Shown here: positions 16,103-23,030 of the stretch, one piece after another
Layout: each line of letters opens with the position of its first letter
How positions within the stretch are numbered: the first letter of the stretch is position 1
DNA from: Pseudonocardiales bacterium
Lineage (GTDB): Bacteria > Actinomycetota > Actinomycetes > Mycobacteriales > Jatrophihabitantaceae
Direction: 5' to 3'
NCBI GenBank assembly: GCA_040006035.1
Contig: JBDTXT010000001.1
Coordinates: forward strand, 1-28,765
DNA: 28,765 bases
Made by a program: the position numbers and the translations under genes
The notes under the pieces: model-generated
What the model saw: the letters and a program-made list of their open reading frames with translations, nothing else
Told to the model about the DNA's origin: nothing
The model's database searches: none

Positions 16103-17968
16103 CTAGGCCGGCGCGATCGTTGTCACAACGACGGTCTCGACACCGTAGACCGTGCGACCCGGCGCCCGGACAACAGCGCGGAGGGTGGCGGTCGTGGGGG
16201 TGCGCGGTGGGATGACGAGCACCGCCACGATCGCCGAGCTGAAGGCGGGAATCGTCCTGCTGCTCCGCCCGACGGCCCAGTCGGGCGGCGCCGCGACGGT
16301 GACCGTGACGTAGGAAGGCTGGGCGGTGCGGTTAGCCACCTCGACCAGCACTGTGTTGGGTTGCCCGGCGGTCAACGGCCCGGAGGCGATCAGGTTGGTG
16401 GCCTCGACAAAGCGCGGCGCGGCCCGGCCGTCGCCGGCCGTGGGCACGCCCGTGTCGGGATTGACGAAGAAGGGCCCGGCTCGGTGCGGGCCGGCGAAGT
16501 CGAAGGCACCGGCCAGACTGCCGGCGACCCCGTCATAGGAGCCGTCGCCGATGCGGCGGCCACCCAGCCAGTTGTCCTCGACGAACCGGATGATCGAGGT
16601 CTGGTCGGTCAGGGCGTGATTGACCGAGTTCGGCCTGCTGTACGGCGAGATGACGAGCAGCGGCTGCCTGGCGCCGTAGCCGCAGCGGCCCTGATAACCA
16701 CCCAGCACCGGGGTGGCGGTGCCGCACAGGCCCGGTCCGGTCAGCGCGTCGAATGCCGTCTGCGACGTGTTGATCCGCGGCGGGGCGACGTGGTCGTAGC
16801 CGCCGTCGGAGTCGTCCCACGCCACGACCACCGCGGTGTCCTTCCAGCTAGGCAGCGACTGCAGGTGGTTGACGGTGCTGGCCAGGAAGTTCTGCTCGTC
16901 CAGCGGGCCGGAGCAGCTGCAGCCGCCCTGCTCGTACCCGCCGGCCTTGAGGAACGAGACGGCGGGCAGCTTGCCGGCATTGGCGGCCGCGTAGAAATCG
17001 GTGAGGTCGTACTGGTGGTTGGCCCGCCCGTCATGGCCGATCTCGGTCAGCGAGCTCGGTGCCAGGTGATGCGGGTTGCTGGTCGAGGCGTAGTAGTTGA
17101 ATGCTTCATTGCCACTGTCGTAGTCGGTGCCGCGCTTGCCGAACACGGTGGTGTGCGACTCGGCGCAGACGGCTGAGCCGTCGGCCAGGCGGCTCGTGGC
17201 CCGGAACCCGCCGCTGAACCAGCCCCAGCTGACCTGCTGATCATTGAGCAGATCGCCGATGTTGCGTCCGGTGAAGTGCACGTTGAGCGGCGGCTTCGGG
17301 CAGTCGTCGTAGGTCGGCTCGATGTTGGCGATTGTCGTGCCGTCGACGATCTTCGTGGTGGGCAAGCTCGCCACGGCGCCGTGGTTCTGCCCAGAGACGA
17401 GGTTGACCGCGCCGATGTGCGAGGGACCGAACGTGGTGCCGAACGAGTTGTCGTTGAGGGCGAAGTTCTGCGCGTAGTTCCACAGCGCGGTGACCGTGTT
17501 GCCGTCGTAGTAGTTCATGACGTGCGTCGGGCTGCAGGCCGGATCACGAGACCCTGTCTCCTCGACGAAGCGGTTCATCAGGCCGTTGTTCATGGCCTTC
17601 TGCTCGGCGAGGTAGTCGTGGTTGGACCCGCAGACCCGCGGCTCGTTGCGCGGATTGCGCTGCGGGTTCGCGCTATTGGGGTTGTTGGTGAGCAATTGGG
17701 GGGTGTAGCCGTTAAGCGCCGGCGTGCCCGGCTTGGCGGTGAACGCCGGCTCGCCCGGCGGGTTGGCCGCGTGCGGGTAGACGCCGAAGTAGTGGTCGAA
17801 GGGCACGTTCTCCTGGAACAGGACCACCAGGTGCTTGATCGGAGTCGCCGTGGCCGTGCCACCCGTCGCGGGGCGGGCCGCCGCGGCAGCCGGGGTCAGG
17901 GTGGCCACCGTGACGCTCAGCGCGGCCCCAGCGATGAGCAAGTGGCGGCAGGTGGACTTGGCTGGCAT
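16103..17968 (-). CDS. Secreted phospholipase C / AcpA-type phosphoesterase with an extra C-terminal beta-rich (NEW3/Ig-like) domain
   Basis: GAGGAG RBS and ATG 17968; Sec-type signal peptide; TPIKHLVVLFQENVPFDHYFG, FGPSHIGA, WDDSDGGYDHV, GYGARQPLLVISPY motifs; about 110-aa C-terminal extension. Confidence 0.9.
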   Translation of the reverse strand: MPAKSTCRHLLIAGAALSVTVATLTPAAAAARPATGGTATATPIKHLVVLFQENVPFDHYFGVYPHAANPPGEPAFTAKPGTPALNGYTPQLLTNNPNSANPQRNPRNEPRVCGSNHDYLAEQKAMNNGLMNRFVEETGSRDPACSPTHVMNYYDGNTVTALWNYAQNFALNDNSFGTTFGPSHIGAVNLVSGQNHGAVASLPTTKIVDGTTIANIEPTYDDCPKPPLNVHFTGRNIGDLLNDQQVSWGWFSGGFRATSRLADGSAVCAESHTTVFGKRGTDYDSGNEAFNYYASTSNPHHLAPSSLTEIGHDGRANHQYDLTDFYAAANAGKLPAVSFLKAGGYEQGGCSCSGPLDEQNFLASTVNHLQSLPSWKDTAVVVAWDDSDGGYDHVAPPRINTSQTAFDALTGPGLCGTATPVLGGYQGRCGYGARQPLLVISPYSRPNSVNHALTDQTSIIRFVEDNWLGGRRIGDGSYDGVAGSLAGAFDFAGPHRAGPFFVNPDTGVPTAGDGRAAPRFVEATNLIASGPLTAGQPNTVLVEVANRTAQPSYVTVTVAAPPDWAVGRSSRTIPAFSSAIVAVLVIPPRTPTTATLRAVVRAPGRTVYGVETVVVTTIAPA

Positions 17969-18347
17969 GGCGTCTCCTCTTCGGCCCGGACATTCCACGC
18001 TAAACGTATGAGGTGGCTGACTCAAGTGCAGACGGTAAACGCATTCTGAACAGTTCCGCGCCGCCCGGCCCGTGGAGCGTGGCCGCGTCACGCGCCGGTG
18101 TAGGTCACGCCAACCGTTAGACCCGCGAGGTCTCGGGATTCCCGGCCGAACAGACCCACCAGTCGTCTACCAGCGTGCCAACGGCTCGTCCAAGCCGGGT
18201 CGTTGCGCAGCGTCGGAGCCAAAGTGGCCAAGTGCCGGTTCAACGCGTGGACGCTGCGAGCGAAGCTCACGCGATCGTCGTGGTCGACAGCGACGTCGCG
18301 GAAATATTGCGAGCCGACTGGGCCTGAGTCGAGCCGGCTCGCGGGTA

Positions 18348-18476
18348 CTACCGCTGCGGGCGGGCCTTGGCGTCGCGCGCGGGTGGGACGACAATAGGGG
18401 CAGGCCCCGATGCCTTGGGCTTCTTGTCCTGCTTGGGTTTGCGGACCTCGCGGCCGCCCTTGTTCTTGCCACCCAT
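18348..18476 (-). CDS. Small basic protein, 42 aa (MGGKNKGGREVRKPKQDKKPKASGPAPIVVPPARDAKARPQR), below the ORF-track cutoff
   Basis: ATG 18476 preceded by GGGGAGAG 5 nt upstream; G/C-ending Lys codons (AAG); TAG at 18350-18348. Confidence 0.7.
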   Translation of the reverse strand: MGGKNKGGREVRKPKQDKKPKASGPAPIVVPPARDAKARPQR

Positions 18477-18588
18477 GATTTCTCTCCCCGGAACGTCGGA
18501 ATATGGTCTGAGGTGCCCCCGCGCCGCAGTCTCGAGTGCCTGCAGCCTACGCCCGGACTCCGCGCCAGGCCCGACGCACCTGACGGCA

Positions 18589-19281
18589 TCACGGCACGGT
18601 GCGCAACGCGGTAGCCGCGATCCCGACCACGACGGGAATCACGCCAAGGCAGACGAAGGCCGGCAGGAAGCACAGCCCGAGCGGTGCCATGGCCCACACG
18701 CCGGCGCGATGGGCGCGGGCCTCGGCCACGGCTCGGACGCCCGCGCGCACCTCGGCCGCCACCTGCGCCATGCCGCGGGCGAGCTGAATCCCGCTGTGCG
18801 CGCTGCGGCAGGCAGCCTGGGCCACCGGGGCCAGGACACCGTCGGCGGCGAGGACCCGCCAGGCCTCGGCCGGGTCGGCACCCAGCCGCAGCAGGCCGGC
18901 GACGTGGTCGAGCTGCGCCTGCCGCACCGGCCCGGCGGCCGGCGCAGCCAGGACCAATGCCGCCGAGACGGGCTGCCCGCTGTGCAGCGCGGCCGCGAGC
19001 AGGTCGAGAGTGAGCGCCAGGCTGCGATCCGGCCCGCGCCGAACCGCTCGACGGGCGAGGCGGGTAAGCACGTGGCAGGCCACCGGGATGAGCAGGCCCC
19101 CGATCAACAGCCCGCGCACCGGGCTGAGCACTGCGACGCAGGCCGCCGCGAGAGCCAGCGCGAGCACCACTCGCAACGCGGGCAGCGGAATACGTCGCGG
19201 CATGCTCGCCCTGCCGACCCGCACCGAGGGCCCGATCGGCGCGACCCAGACTGCGGCCGCGAGCAACAGCCACTCACGCAC
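18589..19281 (-). CDS. tadC: Type II secretion F-family protein, TadC-like
   Basis: LTLDLLAAALHSG...LLRLGADP...RSAHSG...EARAHRAGVWAMAPLGLCFLPAFVCLGVIPVVVG; 8-nt overlap with the tadB stop. Confidence 0.88.
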   Translation of the reverse strand: MREWLLLAAAVWVAPIGPSVRVGRASMPRRIPLPALRVVLALALAAACVAVLSPVRGLLIGGLLIPVACHVLTRLARRAVRRGPDRSLALTLDLLAAALHSGQPVSAALVLAAPAAGPVRQAQLDHVAGLLRLGADPAEAWRVLAADGVLAPVAQAACRSAHSGIQLARGMAQVAAEVRAGVRAVAEARAHRAGVWAMAPLGLCFLPAFVCLGVIPVVVGIAATALRTVP

Positions 19282-19978
19282 GTTGGGCCCGCCGCATCAG
19301 CCGCTGGGTCCAGATCACCCCGAGCGCGTCGAGCAGGACGCCCGCGCCGCACAGCAGTCGCCCGGGCGGTGTACCGAGCAGGAACGACAACGGCTTGGCG
19401 CCCATGGCCCCACCCAACGCGATGCCGATCACGGGCAGCCCGGCCAACAGGGCAGCAGAGGACCGTGGCCCGGCCAGGGCCACCGCCACCGCCCGGTGCT
19501 GCTGCTCCAGATCGGCCAGATCGGCCGCCACCCGAGCGAGCACGTCTGCCATCGGGGCGCCAGAGACGGCGGCCACCCGCCAGGCGTGCGCGAGCGGCTC
19601 GAGATCTCCGGCGGCCAGCAGCACGACGGCAGGATCCGCACCAGCCGCCGCCGCCGCACTTGCCGCGGCAAATGCACTCGCGTGGTGGGGCGCCACCTCG
19701 GCCGCCGCCGCGAGAGCCGCGGCCGGTCGGCCGCCTGCCACCAGTTCGGCCACCAGGAGCCGAGTCGCGGTGAGCAGCTCGTGGCGTCGCCCCTCGCGAT
19801 GCCGTCGCGAAAAGGTTGCGAGCACGAACGTCGGCCACCTGGTGCGCCGCGCCCTCGGCCCCGCGACTGTGGCCAACCGGCCGCGTCGAGACAGGCCGAG
19901 TGCGCGCTGCCATGCCGGCGAGGGCAATGGAACCAACGCGACGCCGACGGCCAAGGCCAGCCAGGCCAGCGCAGTCAT
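19274..19978 (-). CDS. tadB: Type II secretion F-family protein, TadB-like
   Basis: LVAELVAGG...AWRVAAVSGAPMADVL...ALAGPRSSAALLAGLPVIGIALG...PLSFLLGT...LGVIWTQRL; ATGA overlap with tadA. Confidence 0.88.
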   Translation of the reverse strand: MTALAWLALAVGVALVPLPSPAWQRALGLSRRGRLATVAGPRARRTRWPTFVLATFSRRHREGRRHELLTATRLLVAELVAGGRPAAALAAAAEVAPHHASAFAAASAAAAAGADPAVVLLAAGDLEPLAHAWRVAAVSGAPMADVLARVAADLADLEQQHRAVAVALAGPRSSAALLAGLPVIGIALGGAMGAKPLSFLLGTPPGRLLCGAGVLLDALGVIWTQRLMRRAQRA

Positions 19979-21117
19979 CGCAGCAGTGCGGGCACGGCCC
20001 GCCCCCGGTCGGCGATCAGGGCAGCCAAACGTGGCGCCGCCGGCCCCAACCCCGAGCGCACCGACCAGACCGAGGTGACGGTCAGCTCATCCCCGGCGCG
20101 ATCGAGCAGCCCGATCTCGTCGACGATCCGGCGTCCGTCGCGACCGCGACGCAGATGCACCACCACGTCGAGCGCGCTCGAGACCAGCGCCGCCACCGCG
20201 TCGGCGCGCAGCCCGCCCAGGGCGCCCAACGCGACGAACCGAGCCGGGACATCGGCGGCCGAATTTGCGTGCAGCGTCGCCGCTCCGCCCTCGTGCCCGG
20301 TATTGAGGGCGACGAGCAGTTCGATCATCTCGGCGCCGCGGAATTCGCCCACCACGAGCCGGTCCGGGCGCATCCGCAGCGCCATCCGTACGAGGTCGCG
20401 AAGCCCGACCGCACCAGCGCCTTCGACGTTCGATGTCCTGGCCACCAGCCGCACCAGATGCGGATGGTCGATGACGACCTCGGCGGCGTCCTCGATCACC
20501 AGCAACCGCTCGCTGGCCGGAGCACGCCCGAGCAGCGCGCCGAGCAGGGTGGTCTTGCCGATACCGGTACCGCCGCTGATGACGAAGGCGAGCCGCGCGG
20601 CGAGGATCGCCTCGAGTACACCGGCCACGGTGCCGGGCATCGCCTGGAGCCGCACCAGGTCAGCCAGATCGTGGCGTTCGCGGGCCAGCACCCGCAACGA
20701 CATGGTGGTGCGCGCGGTCAGCGGTGGCAGCACCGCATGCAGGCGGGTGCCGTCGGGCAGCGCGGCGTCGACAAATGGCATGGAGTCATCGAGTCGGCGA
20801 CCGGCGCCAGTCGCGAGGCGCTGGGCCAGCCGGCGCACCGCGGCGTCGTCTACAAACCGGACCGGTGCGCGCTCCATCCCGCGACCGCGGTCGATCCATA
20901 CCGCGTCAGGCCCGTTGACCAGCACGTCGGTGATCCCGGGCAGCGCCAGCAATGGCTCGAGCGGGCCGGCGCCAGTGAGCTCGGCCGCTACGTCACGACA
21001 CAGTGCCGCGAGCACCGCGTCGTCGGCGATACCCTCGGCCTCGGCACGGACCACGACGGCGAGATCGTCCGGCTCGCTGGCCACCCGGCGCCGAACCCGC
21101 GCCACCAGGTCAGTCAT
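19975..21117 (-). CDS. tadA: TadA/CpaF pilus-assembly ATPase
   Basis: ITDVLVNG, PFVDAALPDGTRLHA, Walker A ISGGTGIGKTT, ALRMRPDRLVVGE, ALNTGHEGGAATLHANS. Confidence 0.95.
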   Translation of the reverse strand: MTDLVARVRRRVASEPDDLAVVVRAEAEGIADDAVLAALCRDVAAELTGAGPLEPLLALPGITDVLVNGPDAVWIDRGRGMERAPVRFVDDAAVRRLAQRLATGAGRRLDDSMPFVDAALPDGTRLHAVLPPLTARTTMSLRVLARERHDLADLVRLQAMPGTVAGVLEAILAARLAFVISGGTGIGKTTLLGALLGRAPASERLLVIEDAAEVVIDHPHLVRLVARTSNVEGAGAVGLRDLVRMALRMRPDRLVVGEFRGAEMIELLVALNTGHEGGAATLHANSAADVPARFVALGALGGLRADAVAALVSSALDVVVHLRRGRDGRRIVDEIGLLDRAGDELTVTSVWSVRSGLGPAAPRLAALIADRGRAVPALLR

Positions 21118-21769
21118 GCCGGTGCACCCCGTCGAGAACGCCCGCAGCCGTGCGGGCCACGACCCGCGGCGGTCGCCGCGGGTCGATCACCCGCTCACGG
21201 GAACCCGCCATCGCCGGCAGTACACCGATCAGAGGCGTGGCCGTCATCGGCGCCGCCTGATCGACCGGGACCGAACCACGCCGCAGCACCAGCCCGGCGG
21301 CCACACCGGACAAGCTGGCCGCCACCGCCCGCGCCGAGATCAGCCCGCGTACCTGGGCGACGGCGAGCAGCACGACGAGCACGCACCTGGCCAACGCAGC
21401 GTCACGCTGTGCAGACTGGCCGCGGCCCAGATCGATGACGACCGGGCCGCGCGCCGCCGCGGCCGCGAGCACCTGAGCCACCGCATCGGCCGAGTCTGGT
21501 GAGGAGTCGGCGGCCAGCACCGGCACCAGGCCCCAGCGCGGCAGGCCGTCGGCGAGGAGCCCCGGGTCAAGCCGCCCGCCGCCGACCCGCAGCCCCGACC
21601 ATCGCGCGCCGGGGACACCCTCGATGCCCAGCAACACGTCGATTCCGCCGCCCATGACGTCGAGGTCGATGAGCATCGCGCGGCCGGTGACCGAGGCGAG
21701 CACCGCGGCGAAGGTCGAGGCGCCCACGCCGCCGCTGCCGCCCACCACGCCGAGCACCGGTCCGTCCAC
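21110..21769 (-). CDS. ssd: Ssd (Rv3660c/CpaE-like) MinD-type protein, ATPase domain only
   Basis: VLGVVGGSGGVGASTFA, LIDLDVMGGGIDVLLGIE...GARWSGL, VVIDLGR; directly upstream of tadA; GTG 21769 is the most plausible start. Confidence 0.8.
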   Translation of the reverse strand: MDGPVLGVVGGSGGVGASTFAAVLASVTGRAMLIDLDVMGGGIDVLLGIEGVPGARWSGLRVGGGRLDPGLLADGLPRWGLVPVLAADSSPDSADAVAQVLAAAAARGPVVIDLGRGQSAQRDAALARCVLVVLLAVAQVRGLISARAVAASLSGVAAGLVLRRGSVPVDQAAPMTATPLIGVLPAMAGSRERVIDPRRPPRVVARTAAGVLDGVHRHD

Positions 21770-21848
21770 ATGACGAGCCAACCGGCCCGGGCCGGGCCTG
21801 CGCCACCGACGGAGCGAGGCTGTGGACAACGAAGCGGGCTGTGGACGG
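21762..21848. promoter_or_regulatory. Cluster of DnaA-box-like 9-mers in the ssd/HAD divergent promoter region
   Basis: TGTGGACAA 21821-21829 (reverse complement TTGTCCACA, the actinobacterial consensus), plus TGTGGACGG 21840-21848 and CCGTCCACA 21762-21770, which are exact inverted copies of each other. Confidence 0.4.
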
Positions 21849-21906
21849 CGGACTTGACACGCGGCACCCAGCGCTGTGCCGGAACGCCGATCCGTATCCT
21901 GATCCA

Positions 21907-22728
21907 GTGTTTCCCGAACCGGCACAACCGCCCGTGCGCACCGCCGCGTTCTTCGACCTAGACAAGACGATCATTGCCAAGTCGAGCGTCCTCGCGTTCG
22001 GTAAACCCTTCTACCAAAGCGGATTACTGAACCGGCGCGCTGTCCTGCGCAGCGCTTACGCCCAGTTCGTCTTCGCCCTTGCCGGCGCCGACGAGGACCA
22101 GATCGAACGCATGCGCGCGTATCTGGCCGCCATGTGCACCGGGTGGGACGTGTCGCAGGTCCGCGAGATCGTCTCCGAGACGTTGCACGAGATCATCGAC
22201 CCGATCGTCTACAACGAGGCGGTCGAGCTCATCGGCAAGCACAAGTCCGAGGGCCGCGACGTCGTCATCGTCTCCTCCTCCGGCGAGGAGGTTGTCGGCC
22301 CCATCGGCGCGATGCTCGGCGCCGATCACGTGGTCGCCACGCAGATGCATGTCGCCGACGGCAAGTACACCGGCGAGATCGGTCGCTACGCCTACGGCCC
22401 CGAGAAGGCGGTCGCCATCCTGGCGCTGGCCGAGGAGCGCGGCTACGACCTGGCTGGCAGCTACGCCTACTCCGATTCGGCCACCGACGTGCCGATGCTC
22501 GAGGCGGTCGGCCACCCGTTCGCCGTCAACGCCGACCGCGCGCTGCGCAAGGTCGCGGCCGACCGTGGCTGGCCGATGCTGGTGTTTTCCAACGCGGTCC
22601 CGTTGCGTGAGCGCATCTCCGGACTGCGCCCGGAACACCCCACGGCGACGGCCACCGTCGTAGGCGCCGGTGTCGCCGTCGTGGGTCTGATCTGGTATGC
22701 CTCCCGGCGGCGCGCCCGCCTGGCCTGA
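21907..22728 (+). CDS. HAD-IB family hydrolase (Rv3661-like)
   Basis: AAFFDLDKTI motif I, IVSSSG motif II, GPEKA motif III, YAYSDSATDVPML motif IV, C-terminal TM anchor; TATCCT-N6-GTG at 21895-21909 (alternative start GTG 21934). Confidence 0.93.
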   Translation: MFPEPAQPPVRTAAFFDLDKTIIAKSSVLAFGKPFYQSGLLNRRAVLRSAYAQFVFALAGADEDQIERMRAYLAAMCTGWDVSQVREIVSETLHEIIDPIVYNEAVELIGKHKSEGRDVVIVSSSGEEVVGPIGAMLGADHVVATQMHVADGKYTGEIGRYAYGPEKAVAILALAEERGYDLAGSYAYSDSATDVPMLEAVGHPFAVNADRALRKVAADRGWPMLVFSNAVPLRERISGLRPEHPTATATVVGAGVAVVGLIWYASRRRARLA

Positions 22729-22757
22729 CTTCCCGCGCCAGACGCGCGCCCAGGGGT

Positions 22758-22773
22758 TGTGCTTCGGTGCACG
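22758..22773. promoter_or_regulatory. CRP/GlxR-like site upstream of the Ms1 candidate
   Basis: TGTGC-TTCGGT-GCACG: GTG-N8-CAC core with palindromic GTGC/GCAC arms, 7/10 match to TGTGA-N6-TCACA. Confidence 0.4.
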
Positions 22774-22792
22774 CAGGCGTCAAATACGACAT

Positions 22793-23015
22793 ACGGATGG
22801 GGCCCGTCCATGGCGGTCCAGCCCCCAGCGGGCCCCACCCAGCACGGCCGAACGGGCACCCACGCGGCGAACCCACCACGCGAAAGGTGAGTCGACGCGG
22901 ACTGGCAGAGCTGTTGGCCCGCGCCCGACAATGCACACAAGGGCACGCTTGGTAACCCGCAAGTCCGTGAAGGCGGCGCTGTAGAAGTCCGGCCGGACAG
23001 CTACGGCGCCGTCGT
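22793..23015 (+). ncRNA. Ms1/MTS2823/scr3559-type RNA-polymerase-binding small RNA
   Basis: 302-nt gap between the Rv3661-like HAD gene and the Rv3662c-like gene, the known Ms1 locus. Contains AGCACGG...GCACCCACGCGG (22841-22867) and GCACGCTTGGTAACCC (22943-22958), which I recall as conserved Ms1 segments; perfect 9-bp helix 22798-22806/22829-22837; 3' hairpin. Ends approximate. Confidence 0.8.
22972..23015 (+). terminator. Long hairpin, probable Ms1 terminator (may also serve the convergent gene)
   Basis: 13-bp stem 22972-22984/23001-23013 (two G-U pairs), 2x2 internal loop, then GTCC/GGAC stem. Confidence 0.7.
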
Positions 23016-23030
23016 ATTGGCGCCCGCCAC

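Noticed and set aside
14761-16215. 484-aa plus-strand ORF and similar long antisense ORFs (4497-5759, 13517-14719, 15992-17176, 10860-11951)
   Set aside because: Antisense shadows of recognisable genes, with no family motifs.
19010-21502. 830-aa plus-strand ORF antisense to the tad operon (also 19816-21438 and 18367-19773)
   Set aside because: Arg/Ala/Ser/Pro-rich shadow ORFs typical of high-GC DNA; no motifs; they fully overlap well-supported minus-strand genes.
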